DNA from: Neodothiora populina
Lineage: Eukaryota
Direction: 5' to 3'
Assembly (NCBI RefSeq): GCF_041146345.1
Contig: NW_027191402.1
Span: 930,001 to 994,000, forward strand
DNA length: 64,000 bases
Shown: positions 10,997 through 24,178 of the stretch, in pieces
How the letters are laid out: each line of letters begins with the position of its first letter
Position numbering within the stretch: position 1 is the first letter of the stretch
Translations under genes and position numbers: made by a program
Notes under the pieces: generated by a model
The model's input: only the letters and a program-made list of their open reading frames with translations
The model's database searches: none
What the model was told of the DNA's origin: nothing

Positions 10997-13900
10997 TCAA
11001 CGTCTTTGCTGCTGCTGCTGCTGCTGTTGTTGAAGCTGTTGTTGCTGCTGAAGTGACATCTGAGGCATTTGTCCACCGAATCCAGGAGGCATCATTGTGC
11101 CTGCGAAACCTCCTGCTCCTCCTTGTTGTTCGATGGGACTTCTCATGCCGCCGAGTAGAGAAGCGTGAATTCCAGGTCCGTCGATGGGACTTCCGATGCC
11201 TGATCTCATGCCAGGTCCACCGGGTCCTGCGTTGCCGCCGGCACCACCGCCGTTCATCAGTCCAGGAGGACTCATCATACCGGGCAAACCAGGGAAGCCG
11301 GGCGGTGGAGGTGGCATGCCACTAAAGAAACTGGGAGGTGGTGGACCCGGGGGCATGTTTGCAAAGAACCCTGGAGGAGGAGCTCCCATGCCTGGCATAC
11401 CCTGCATCGGACCCTGAGGAAGACCCTGTGGAGGAGGAGGTCCTTGTTGGGGAACGTGTCCCTGCATCTGCGCAAGACCGCCAGGCCCTTGCATCATGCC
11501 CGCAGGAAAATCAGCCGCTCCACCACGACCGCCTTGCTGCTGCTGTCTGTTGTCGCCAGGGTTGCCGCTCTGTTGTGGAGGCTGGAAGATGCCAGGAATA
11601 CCAGCGAAGCCCGGAGGATGTCTGATGCTTGGGTTGAAGCCAGGCGGCGGTTGGGGTAGTCTTTCACCTCCTTGAGGCGGAGGGCCGCCCATGCCAAACC
11701 CTGGTGGAGGTGGGCCGGCGAAAGCCAGATGCTCGGGCAGAGACTGAGGAGGCGCTTGTTGTAGAGGCTGACCTTGTCGGCGACTGTTCTGCATTTGCTG
11801 TTGCTGTTGCTGCTGCTGCTGCTGCATGTGGGCCTGATGCTGTAAGATTGCAGGATCTTCAAAGAAACCAGGAGGAACACGTTGTTGCTGACCCCTGGGC
11901 TGAGGCTGATCCATGCCGCGGTCGTTCTGGGGTCCCAGGTTCATCTGCGGGACACCCTTCTGCATGAGTTGCTCCTCGAGTGCACCAGGAGCGCGACGAG
12001 GCTGTTGAGGCTTGGGAGCGTGAGTCTCGAGAGCCGGCTGGGCCGACTTTCTCTGCGGCGGCGGCTGATCAAGAAACAGTTGGAAATTATCGTCAGGTCT
12101 GCCTGGCTGTCGTTGAGCTTGGTTTTGCTGTTGAGGCTGTTGAGGCTGCTGGTTCTGCGGCGCACTGCTCTTGTTCTTGTTGGCCTGGTTGATCAAGTTC
12201 AGCAAGAACTCAGAGTCCTTGTTGAGGCCGCCACTGGGAGGCTTCTGGCTTCTTCCACCAATGCTCATACTGTCAGGAGTCTGTTGCACCTGTCGTGATT
12301 GCGGAGGCGGTTGATCCATGAATGGAAACTGAGGTTGCGAGTGAGAAATAGACTCGGAGCGCAGCTGAGAGGGATTCGGCGAGGCGACATTGCTGGCAGG
12401 ATCACTGCCACGAGGGCCGGAGAACCTTTTGTCCTGGGACGGCAGAGTGCTCATAAAGGCATCCATACCCAGACCAGAACCTGGACGCATCGAAGAGGAC
12501 GATCTCTTGTCGACAAAAGCAGCAACGGTCCCTTGCTGAGCAGCAGAAAAGTCGGGTAATTTGTCGGGCTGCTGTTGTTGTTGAGGCTGCGATTGCGGCT
12601 GTGGAGGAGGAGGGGCGCCGAACAAGGCAGCCATACCACCTCTCTGAACCGGCGAAGACACACCACCCTGGCCGTCAAATGCAGGAGACATGGTAGGTTT
12701 GCCGAGCATAGCCATGATCCGAGCGAATCCTTCCTTGTCCTCGCTCGAGTCACCGGTAGCTTCAGCGGGAGCGGCAGCGGCAGCTTGCTTGAACATGGAA
12801 GGCGACGAGGACAGGGGCTCGTCGAACTGGCGGGAGGCTTCCTTCGGCGCAAACATGGACGCAAATCTCGACGACTTGGCCTTGCTTGTCGTGCCGGGCG
12901 CCTTGGGTTGTTTGTTGCCGCCTTCGACTGCGGGACTCTCGAGCGGTCTGGACTGTCCCCAAGTGCCGAAGATGCTGCTCAAGCCGGCGTCTTGGGCGAC
13001 AGGTGTAGCCGGAGTGTTGGAGGGTCCGCTTGATGTGATTGGTGTGGCTGCGACATCGGGTGAAGCGACTTGATCTGCCGCCTGAGGCTGAGACTTGCGC
13101 TTCATCGATTCCTTCCACTTTTCGAATTCGTCGGCTGGCCGTGACGGCATACCGTCTCCCTCGATCGAAGGCTCGTCCATCCACTCGGGTTCTCTCTCGA
13201 CCCGCCCATCTCTGCCGTGGTGGTTGTTATTGTTCTCATGCTTTGCTCTTTCGCGATCTCTCCATCCTCCGCTGCCACGTTGACTCTCGCCGAGTTTGCT
13301 GGTCTGGCGGTCTCCGTCTCTTGTCCATCGCTGATCAGCTCTCGAGCCGTAGCCGTTCCGTCGCACGCCAGAGTCCTCTTGAGAATCCGTGTTGCGCTCT
13401 CGACGGCCGTTGTGTCTCTCGCGATCTCCATTGCGCTCCTCCTCGTCCGCTAGTGTGCTTCGACCTGTGCGCCAGGCTGCCCGATCTGACTTGAGCGGCG
13501 TCGAGTGTTTGTTGCTGGAAGTGGTGGTGGCGCCGTCTTGGAAGAAGCGCGATCTGGTCGGGCCGGGGTTGTCGTCTTGATCGGCAGCGTCTTCGGCCGA
13601 CTTGTCGTCGGTGGTGAGTCTGCTGAGGTTGCGTGACGAGGCAAACGACGTCTTTGGCGGGCCGAGGACAATGTCTTCTAGCAGGCCATCAGCTTGGAGT
13701 GTGCGCACGAGATTGGTAGCGACCCTGGACAGGTCTTTGAAGTCTGACATACCGCTACCGGGCATCGAGGAGCGAGAGGTGTGTCTCGTGGATAGGATAG
13801 AGGGTCGCTGGGCGGTGAAGTTGCCCATCTGAGAGACGGCGCCGTCCTCACGCATACCGTTGCCGTTGGTGTTGCCGTTGACATTCTGAAGACGCGACTT

Positions 13901-14114
13901 GCGCTGCCCGTCCCGTTGCTGACTGGGCTGGGTTGCCTGTTGAGCGTCTTGAGGGATTTGTCTGGTTGGGTGATATTAGTACACACAGAAGCTTGTAAGA
14001 TCAACAGAAAAAGGCATACTCTAGCCATTGCTCGATAGAAGGAAGCTCGTCGGGTTTCTTGACCAGCGGAGAGTCGCGCAGAACCTTCAGCTCGTCTATT
14101 GTATATCTCGACAT
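10997..14114 (-). CDS. eIF4E-binding translational repressor, 4E-T/Eap1-like, disordered Q/P/G-rich protein
   Basis: Exon 1 14114-14020 MSRYTIDELKVLRDSPLVKKPDELPSIEQWLE, intron 14019-13962 (GTATGC..ACTAAT..CAG), exon 2 joins in frame to the 952-aa ORF; motifs YxxxxL, REPEWMD, EFEKWKESMK, SRFASMF, several PPGF. Confidence 0.75.
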
Positions 14115-14773
14115 GATCGAGGAGCCGCCTGGTCGGGGTGAGTCCCAGCGGCGTCGTGTGAAATATGTCGCAATATGTGAGTTGGACGAAGGTAACCAGA
14201 AGGACGTGGTTACAGCGACGCTGATTCGATTAGAGATGAATGGTCAATTGATTTGATGCTGGTTGCGGTGATTGCTCAGTTGGCTTGCTGGCTTGGATCA
14301 ATCTCGTCTCCTTATCGTCGGGTTTAATCTCAGTTCGTCTTGATACCCAAAAGGTCAAGGACTTGTTTCCACCTGGCCACGGCGCTGAATTGCTGTCCGA
14401 AGAGCGAAACCAGCCACTGTCTTTTAGAAGAAGGACAGAAAGGACAGCCCAGTCGGGCTGAAACGACCAGAGCGCGCGCTCTCGTCTTCTGCTGTTGTAC
14501 ACTGACCGCCAATGAACAGACGACGATGACAGTGTCAAATCCCGATGATGATGTTGATAATGCTTGTCGCAATAGAAGCAGTCAGGGCAACAGGAGCTGA
14601 AAGTGTTGTAAGTAATGTCCTCTCGATTGCACTGCTGCCGTCAGAGTCCCAAAAAGGGCAGTTCAGCTTTCGCAGAGTCGCCAAAGAGGAAGGAGCAGCA
14701 AGCAATGGCGCCGAAAGACAGAAAGTGGATGAATTTCCGTTGAGCTTTGAAATGTGCTGTTTGTGGTTTTATG

Positions 14774-14871
14774 TGTGCTGTGCTGTGCTGTGCTGTGCTG
14801 TGCTGTAGCTGTGCGGTTGCAATAACAGTACAAATGTGGATAGCTGGTCGTCTGTGTGTGTGTGTGTGTGT
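14774..14871. repeat. (GTGCT)n pentanucleotide and (GT)n microsatellites upstream of the 4E-T-like gene
   Basis: gtgctgtgctgtgctgtgctgtgctgtgctgt at about 14775-14806 and tgtgtgtgtgtgtgtgtgt at about 14853-14871. Confidence 0.9.
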
Positions 14872-15824
14872 ATGTGCTCAGGTGCTTCTGCGTCGTGTCC
14901 GTTGGAGAAATGATGGCGCGATAGATTCAAGGGAGCGGAGCGGACGATGAGGGGCAAATCAAACAAGACCCAAGCTTGACTCGAGTTTGTTTCTCTCTCT
15001 TCTTTTGAGCTCTGCTGTAAATACTAACTTCTGTATAGTGTTGTTGCAGCTTTTCAGGCTTCCTCTTTGCTGCAGCAAGCTTGTTCATCAAGTTCGGGGG
15101 GCCGAATATTAAACGACCTGCTGCTCGCCTCAGTTGAGCTCGGTGCTGTTGCTGCTGCTCTGTGTGTAAGACGAATAAGGTAGGTACCTCAGGCAGACGG
15201 AACGGGCGTGTCTCTTTCCTACGAGAGCTAGCTTGAAGTAGGACAAGTTCTTCTCGCTCAACAACTTCCTAATCCAACAATGTGAATGCTTTTTGTTCTT
15301 ATTCTCATATGCTACTCCAGAAAAGCAGATAAATCAAGAAGAGAAAGAAAAAAGAGTATAATCTGTCTCTATCAAGTGTATGTGTATGTGTGTGCATCCA
15401 TTACTCTATCATGCAGCTCCGAGAGACGAACAAGAGAGCTGAGAGCTTGCGAGTCTGCTTTCCCTCCTTCTCCTGCACCCGCTACTACTACCAAGTGGCA
15501 CGTGGGGGCCAGAGGCGGGGGGATTTATGACACGATACCTGACCTACAGCAAGGCGAGCGCTACGAACATCACAGTACCCATCACACAAAAGCTGAAGAC
15601 GAGTCAAGTCTGCCTGAACCGATCACGAGGCCTTCAACGTCTCTACATGTACATCTGAGTAAAGTAAAAACATGCACCATACAAATATTAGTGACTCTAG
15701 GTCCCTTCTGTCTTCAATAGACCATCTCCGCTTTATAGGCCTCCCAATCCATGCCTTTTACTCGTTTCAATAAATCTCTTCGTCGTCCCTTCATGATTCT
15801 CGTACAATACCGACACTTGATCTA

Positions 15825-18800
15825 TCAAGATACACCCCAAACAGCTCCTAGCCACCCGCCTCTACCAGCTCTGGCGAGCCCCTTTACCAGTTCGCCAATC
15901 TCAACACCGTCCACGAACGCCGCGAGATCATCCGCGCCAAAGGCCTTTTCGTATGCCATTAGCCATGCCTCGGGCTCTCTAATCTCCTTGTCCATCGGTT
16001 GTCTTGCCTGAATGGCCGCCGTGTATGCCGCTCCGGGTGCCGCGAAGAGCGATGGCACGTTCTCGCTCGGTCGTCTTGCGGTACTGTTGGGTGATGAAGC
16101 ATATGCATGATGTGGCTCCCTGACGGCACTGCCGCCATTCGTCGATGTCCATGATGTTGTATTGGGAGTGCCACCATGAGGAGAGGAATGAATTTGCCCT
16201 ATGCTTGGACTCGTTGCATCCGCTGGTCGGAAAGAGTGGTGCGCGTAGTTTGATGGCGTTGACGGCGAGGACGAAGGCGGTCCGTAGGAAGAAAAGAAGC
16301 GGAACTGCGCAGAGTTGGCCTGTTGTCCTTGACCTGCGGTCGTGGGAGGAGTCCCTTGGTTCGATGTCGCTGCCGACAGAGCCGAAGCGGCTGCCGCCAC
16401 CGAGTTGATTGCATTCCATCGTTCTTCTTGCTGCGCATGCTGATCGCCTGCGTTGTGAACCGCGCCCTCTTGTTTGACCCCGGGGCTGGCAGCATCAGAT
16501 CCTGGTCCAAAGGACATGCCACTGCTTTGCTGTGGGACATCTGCCATTTCGGTGTCGCTGTCGTCGTCTCCGCCGTCGAGCTCTCGAAGCACCCTTTCGA
16601 GCAACACTCTTGTGCTTTCGGCATCCGGCGGATGGAGTTGAGCGGTAGCTATGCTCTGATCGTTCCATATCTCGCGCTCCCTGCCGTGCATCATCCTAGG
16701 CGCGCTGTCGAACCACGCTGTCCGTAAACGTGAGAAGTATTTGCGAGACCGCTTGAGTGTCCTGAGCCATCCGTCGGCCATGTGGAGCCTTGTACGCATG
16801 GGTCCGACCATCTCCAAGGCCTTCCGGACCGCTTCCGCACCGTGTGGGATATGATCCTCACGGGCCGGGTTCGCCCGTCGTAGATAGCCGTTCGTGTCCA
16901 TCCAGGGGAAGTTGATCACGTAGACTCCTAGCAATGCCACGTTGTACATTGCGAATCCTACTATCGGCGTCTCGACAGAGACTCCCCATTCTTGACACGT
17001 CTGCAATAAATCAACAATGTCTCGAGCTGCCGAGAAACATGCGCGACCGCCTTCCTCCCAGAAGCCTGGAGGTGGCACGGGGTCGGCGATCGATGGCCGC
17101 GTCACTCCGTCGAGAGGACCTTGCGGTCTTGCGTGGCGGAATGGAATGAAAGGCAAAAACTCGCGATAGAGAAGAATATGGCATAACGAGACAGTGACGT
17201 GTACCAGCGCGTAAGGGCTTGAAGTGCGGATGTTGATATGTGCGGATGTGTTTTGAGGAGTTAGAAGATGTTGTCTGGGTAGAGTTGTCCGGAAGTCTTC
17301 CAGGGCTTGGCGTAACAAGAACCATTGAGATTGGCGGTTCCATGGTGGTAGAGCGTCGCGTCTGTTCTCATGTCAGCTGTTTCTCTTTGGTTGCTTGGCT
17401 GGACCATACCTTCTGCCACCGGCGCACGCCCAACTGACAACCTTGCCGTACATATCGAGAATCTTGATGTAACGACTGACGAGACCTTCCTCGGCCCCAG
17501 CCTCCCATTTGCTCTGCTCATCCGCGATTTTACCATTGAGCCCGTTCGAGGAGAAAGATTGCCGTCTCATGTGGTCGTTCATGACCTCACCGAAAATTGA
17601 AGCTCGACGTTGACCTTGCACATCTGAAGCTGGAGGCGTATCGGGAGATCTTTCCCCTAGCATCAATGTACGGACAGGCTCGCCGAACAAAAAGGCTTGC
17701 TCGCTTGCCGGTAACTGGATTCGGAGATCTGCCGCGTTAAGCGTCTGGATCCGAAACTTGCCATTGCTCAGATAGCGGTCGAGTATGAAGCAAGCCCAGA
17801 AGGTACGTCTCCGCACCTCTGCTTGAACAAAGACGTCGTTCGAGGAGCCAGCATGGAAAGATGCACGCGAAGAGGGGGGCACAGCCACCTTGCCCTCATC
17901 GTTGAGTGGCATACACCTAGAAAGGAGAGAATTGTCTAGGTCAAGTTCGTAGTGTAGACCCATGGCTTGAGCAGACCTGATGGCTACACCGAGAGAAGCC
18001 CATGCTCGCAGGCCTCGATTCATGCCCCAGTCATGGACTGCCAACATGAGGATGGCTTGTATCATTTCGAGGTCACAGATTCCAGGGGTGTCACGGGTGG
18101 CTGCACTGATGCGAGTGGTGGCTGCTGAAGCATAAAATTCAGAAGCGGTCAAAGGGTTGCTGGGACGATTGTCGACTGCCGGAGAGTGATGAGAAATTAG
18201 CTTGGGGTGAAAACGTGCAGTCAAGGCCAAGAAAGCAAGTAAGAACTCGTTCGAAGCCGGAGGCTGCACGGCTGACCCCTTGTCACTCGAGTATGGCTTG
18301 TACTGAGGGCCGAGATTGTTGGCCTGTCGTAGTGGCTTGAGAAAGGTAGGCGGATGGATAAAAGGTAGATCAGTCGAGAAATGTAACTGAAAAATATCGA
18401 ACTGTGATTCGTCAATGCTGTTTTGTCAGGGAAACAGAGAACGACTTACCAGTTCTTGCCATACGGAAGACGTAAGTAGGCTGGGATCTAGAGCATCCAC
18501 TGAAACACTGGTCGGCTCCGCCACGACTGGCACAGGCTGTCCAGGTAGACCTGCATTGCTCTTCCGATGTTGTCTGGGCTTCCGGGCCTGATCCTTGTGC
18601 GTTAGTAAAGAAAAGTAAGTATGCACAAGACAAATTACCTGATCTTCAGTCAACCCTTCTGGCCTGGACATCTGACCGACAGCGCTCTCCCTTCTCTTTC
18701 CACTGCTGACGGGAACAGGATATGTACATTCCCTGCCTCCCGCTTCGCAACTTCTACAAGCCGTACCAACTCCACTGTTCACACACTTGACCTTGGACCT

Positions 18801-18897
18801 GCGACAACGCACACAGGCGATCGACGAACGCATCCTGGCCTGCGCATTTCTTTGACTCGACTGGGCTGGTTGTTGCTGCTGCTGCTGCTGCTGCTGC

Positions 18898-18949
<52 letters not shown>

Positions 18950-19304
18950 GATGCTGCTGTTGCTGTTGCTGCTGAGATTGTTGACTGGCATGCTGAATGT
19001 CTGGACCAAGCAGTGGAAGAGCCGGGCTCGACTGCGATATGCTTGGCAATCGTACCGGAGTCAGATGATGATTATTAGGTCGTGGACTTTTTCGAGGGCG
19101 AGCATCGGAAGTATTCCCATACGAGTCACTGCCCTCTGAAATGTCGTCCGAATAGCGACGTTTGGGGGAAGCTGCGTTGACATTGAGCCCAGCGGATGCG
19201 GTAGTCGCGGCTATGGATGGTGATAGCGCGGGTTGCGGTTGGGGTCGCGGGGCTCCTCCGGCGGGCCCGGAGAGCAGATTCGACAAGGCAAATGAGGACG
19301 AAAT
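15825..19304 (-). CDS. Zn(II)2Cys6 transcription factor with fungal TF middle homology region; start uncertain (first in-frame ATG at 18833, reading frame open up to 19334)
   Basis: CVRCRRSKVKC-x8-CRSC-x6-C cluster; introns 18638-18588, 18449-18402, 17409-17362; PFIHPPTF and EVRRRTFWACFILDRYLS motifs. Confidence 0.9.
18870..18975 (-). repeat. (CAA/CAG)n trinucleotide repeat encoding polyglutamine
   Basis: Long pure (TTG)n flanked by (CTG)n on the + strand, in frame with the zinc cluster on the - strand. Confidence 0.95.
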
Positions 19305-20937
19305 GATGGCGACTTGCGTGAAGCGCGTCACGACTTATTCTCCTTGTCTTTCACGGGCGTGTATAAGCAAAAGAGAAGAACGCAAGATCATGCGAGTCCA
19401 CAATGGAAGACAAGAGGGAGCAAGGCGTGATAGCGGATTCGGCTATCTAGACGCGAGATGCCGAGCCGAAAGCTTTCCCCACTGCGCCGGACTTGAGGTC
19501 GGGAGATCGATCCGAGCTATCTCCTTGTCTGGCCTGATGATCGGCAGGACAGGAAACGACTCACAGGAACGACAAGTTACGGAATCTCGTTTTCGAGGTA
19601 CACTGTAATAGTTGCCCCGTGGAATCGAGGACAAGAAGTATGACAGAGCCCGGATGGGCTGATGTTGTTGTTGACACCACAAGACGCACTGTATAATTAG
19701 ACGAGTAAAACCCTGACCGTACTCTACTGTACACGCACGCCCTCGAGTCACTCCACCTACTCCCACTGAATTGACTGATCCTGAAGTCTAAACGAAGAGC
19801 GAGAACGGCGATAGCAACGACCAGGAAATCTACTAGGTAAGTCGAGCCCAAACATTGACCAGCTTTCCCAAGAAACGGCCCCACATCGGTCCGGGTGCTT
19901 CTAGGAGGAGCTACGAACGGTAAACCAACTTAGAGCTCTCATGAACCGGGCAAACCCTCTCGAATTGCATGTGAGGGCTCGTCATAACGATGATCACCGC
20001 CGTTCCCCACGTCTTTTTCCTATATTTCTGACTGTGACCACGTACCAAGGCATACACTTTTCTTTCCGACTGATTATCTTGATTGTCGCCATGATCTGAG
20101 TCGTGCGAGCTTGGCCATGACGTCCCTTGCCGTCTTGTCGTATATTGCTGCGGCCCGGGTCGCCTGGGTCTCGACAGAAAACCCCGCAACTGGAGTCTTT
20201 GCATTCAAGCGGTGATAACCCTCCACTCGGAACCGAACCCGCCGTTAAAGAGCAGCAGGGCAGGCGGCCTTGGGATGCGGCTGGTACGCAATGCCGACCC
20301 CGTCCTTGCTTGACGCTTTGACCGATCTTCGCTCCATTGCGGTCTCAAATGTCTTGAGGTATACAGTTGGACTATCAACCACCGAGTGCTTTCGCGTAGT
20401 TTGATTATGTGACGGGCAATTCAGCGCACGGCATCACAGTGACAAGCGATAATCGAGCAGGACAAGACAGGCACAGCGAGTATGAGTCCTGCTCATCAAT
20501 GATTGATTTTGTTCAGCAGTGGGGTCTCTTTACGGTAAGCACTAGCCCACGTGACGTATCTAAATTGTCCCGACGAACGCCATCTACGACGGAACTCTGC
20601 CGATTAGGCCGTACGGAAGGATTTTTATCCATTCCCGTCCTCTGTTCCCAATCTAGATTAGAAACAATAGAGACATATCCGCAGATGCAAGATAGTCACC
20701 TAGTGTCAATTCACCTCGCGTGTTACATATACGAGAACATCTGCATATCGACTTGCGCTGATCGTGTGACATGACTCGTGAACAGCTTCAGTTTTGTCAT
20801 GTGTGCAACATGACTAGCATAATGAGTCTCTGCACACACTAATCTTAAAGAAACGTCATAGTCCGGAAGACTGATCGACCAGGCCTCTCATTATTTTTCT
20901 TCACTGACCACCATTGAAGGAAACCCTTGGTAGACGC

Positions 20938-22455
20938 TCAAGTATCTGCAGTCCCGGCTTGTGGCTGCTGGGCCTCTCCCTCGCTGAACTGCTGGACAGC
21001 TTGAGCTTCATGTGGAGACGGCAGCGACTGCTGCACCAAATCAGCCTGAGTCTGCACCGGAGCCTGAGCCTGCTGCTTTGCCTTGCTTGCAGCAGATTTG
21101 CGAGGCGCGCGAATTCCTGCCCCCTTTCTACCACCACGTTTGTCTCCTGCCGCTTTTGGGCTACCATTGGCGAGACGAATGTGCTGAGTGACGTCTCCAA
21201 AAGTTGCACCAGTCGGATGAGTAGTGTCTGTCATGTATGGTGACTGAATGCCTTCGTGGCCGGTGTCGCGTGGCGCACCCTCGATAGTAGGAGCGACGTT
21301 AGACACTCTGTCATCAGACACAGCTGTCTTCAACTGATTGTGGTGCCCAGAGTCCTGATTGAAGCCCATCAGAGCTCCCGGTAAGTCCCCGCTAACGGCA
21401 ATCTGGTTTGGAATGAGGGACGAGGTCGACATTTGGCCAGGGAACCATGACTGTTCCATTCTAGCTTGGTCTTGCTGTGTGCAGTTTTGACTCTGCACTT
21501 GTTGGTGGACGGGATTGCCTTCAGAGACTTGACTGAACTCATGCTGCTGTGCACGAGCTCGGATGCCGCAAGAATTCGCATTGTCCGGCAATTGCGATGG
21601 TGTCTGGTGGACAGGCATGAGGCGACCCATGTCCCAAGACGGAATCTGATTAGGCATAGGGAGACGTAATGGGGCAGGTATAGGCTGCTGCAGTTGACCT
21701 TGATTACCAAGATAGGCCTGAGCCAAGTACGCAAAGATTTGTTGAGGTTTGTGCATGGCGACCATGTCCAAGACATCCTTGACGACGCTCATCTTCAAGG
21801 CATATACCTCCTCGGCCATGATAGGGTTGTAGAGCATCTGACGCGCACTGAAAACAGCAGATGTGTTACCAGATGAAGTGGTCACATTGGTAGACACAGC
21901 GGTAACGTTTCCAGATGATGCAGCCTCCGAAACCTCTCTGCTCATACGCCGGCGCTTGTTGCCTGGCTCATCGTCCGGAGTAGCAGTCAATGTGGCATTC
22001 GGACGGCGCAATGGAGTGATCGGACAGTAAAATGGCAAATGACCATAGGCATTGCAGGTCTTGCAGTAGACTTCGTTGTTCTTGCAGGGTTCCGGAAGGT
22101 GCTGGGTTTCTTCATCAGTGGGCAGTTCTCTCCAATCATTCTTGCAACAGTGATGCTTGCGAATGGGTTCAAGATGACAGACGGATCCTGAATAGAAGGT
22201 CGGGTTGGCTGCACTTACCCATGCATCGCAATTATGGCAGAGAGCAAAGTAGCGATAATCTGTCTGGAAACTCTGGGCTCCTCGATGACAGAAGTTCCAT
22301 GAATGGCCATCATTTCTACAGACGGCGCACGCCACTAGAGCGGTAGAGCAAGGCTGAGGAAGATGGCCTGCAGACCGTTAGTCACATCCAATTTCATCGA
22401 TGCGAAAACCTTTGAAGTACGTACAGGAGCCACAATTGTAGCATAAATCAGTCAT
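20938..22455 (-). CDS. CCHC zinc-knuckle protein with Q/S-rich disordered C-terminus
   Basis: Exon 1 22455-22425 MTDLCYNCGS, intron 22424-22368 (GTACGT..ACTAAC..CAG), then CAVCRNDGHSWNFC and CKTCNAYGHLPFYC (CX2CX4HX4C); NLS-like KRRR. Confidence 0.8.
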
Positions 22456-22813
22456 GCTGGCTTTGCGCGGTGTTTTTGATCCTAGATGGACTTGGAATCG
22501 TACTTTGCAGTCAAGGAAAATAGATCAAAGCATCGAACAAGACATGGACGAGCTGATCGGGCAGGATGTGAAAGTCTGAGGGAATGAACAAAGAGTGAAG
22601 GAACGGTTAACAACTCGCACTCGACAAGATTTCATGTCATTCTCCAAAACTGGAAGTCGCGTACTGGTGCGTCTGCCTTGGGAAGCAGCGACCTCGTGTC
22701 GTCATCTCTAGACATCTCCGCGCAAATCGATAGTAACAGAACTGCTGAACTTCACCTCGAGCCGGCTCTGAGATGCCCTGCAACACTGCACATATGGAGT
22801 TGCATATGCGAAA

Positions 22814-24178
22814 CTACTTGCCTTTAGCCCCGCCGCGTGGTTTGCCACGCGCACCTCCTTTCTTCTGATTCGGACCTGCGATTTTCCTCTCATATAACTT
22901 CTCCTTCCCAAAGCCTGCATCCGCAATCCTCAGATAGCTGGTTACTCCTTGGTCAACGACTGCAAGAATCACGTTCTTGTAACCGTTTCTAAATTTCTGA
23001 TACATCTGTCCGCTCTCTTGTGGCGGTCGATACGGCGTCGAGTCTAAGAGCGCACCAAGCTGAGCAAGTGTAGGAACACATGTCTCTCTCGCGTTGACGA
23101 CAGCTATCCGAAAGTCTGGTTGACCAGGATCACTTTTCTTGTAGGTAGTCGAGCCAGGCTTCCACAAATGGTAGGTGATCCTGAATGCAGGATCTGTGGG
23201 CGGAGAAGGTTCAGGCTTTCTTGCTGAAGGGTCATATCCAGGAACCAATGCTAAACGACGGTAGATATCGGCTGTCACTGTCAGTATGGTTGACATTTCT
23301 TACTACAATTTTTCAAAGACCTACCGTAGCTTCGATAACAACCCGGCTTTACCAAGGGGCCTTGTTTCTGTCGTTCTTCACTTGAAGACGTGCTCGACAT
23401 GAAAAGATTCCTCAAGCCACCAGCCAACAAGCCAAGACTCCACATTGAAGCTGATGGTGAAGGAGGAAGGCAGTCTTCGCCAGGTACATCACCAGAGCTG
23501 TTCCAACTTGGTGCTCGATGAACGACGTAGCCCATCCGTTTGAGACCCGCATACACTGAGTATCGTTCGAACGTCAAAGCGCCTCCAGTCTCATCTTCCC
23601 TGCCGATAAAAGCTGCATATGCACCTTGCAAACTCATAGGTACTCCAAGTTCCTCGTTGTCGTCTGCACTAGGTGGCCACCTGACGTCAATCGTACCACG
23701 CTCAAGAAGATAGAGAATCTCCTCCGGCAAGAGCCATAATCTGTTGGAATGACCGTCTCGATGGCCAAGAGGGTCTCTGTTAGAAGGGTACACTCTACCC
23801 ATGTTCTTGAAAAGTGGTCCTTTCGGATCGACAGTGTACGCCATGTTGGTTTCCGGATGATAATGGGCAACATTGTATCGTTTCGGTGCATGTGATCTTT
23901 GATATGATAATGCTGTGTGCATAGCTGCCCTAGACTGCTCTAAAACACTTGCTTGTAAATTCGTATGGTGAGGCTCAAAGTCCTTTTCACCACGCTTTGG
24001 AATTTTTGCATCATCGCTTCTACAGTATAAATCAGTATATAGTACACTTGAGATGATACACAGTTTTGACGCACGAGAATGCAAGCAAGAATCTGAAATC
24101 CTGTGTCTCATCTGATAGGTCTACGTCCTCTTCATGACTTGCGCCACGCGGTATCACATCCTCATCTACGTCGGCCAT
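22814..24178 (-). CDS. SEN54: tRNA-splicing endonuclease subunit Sen54
   Basis: MADVDED..DLSDETQDFRFL, IPKRGEKDFEP, LWLLPEEILYLLERG, MSLQGAY, YSVYAGLKRMGY, YKKSDPGQPDFRIAVV, VILAVVDQGVTSYL; two introns near 24073-24020 and 23324-23274. Confidence 0.95.
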
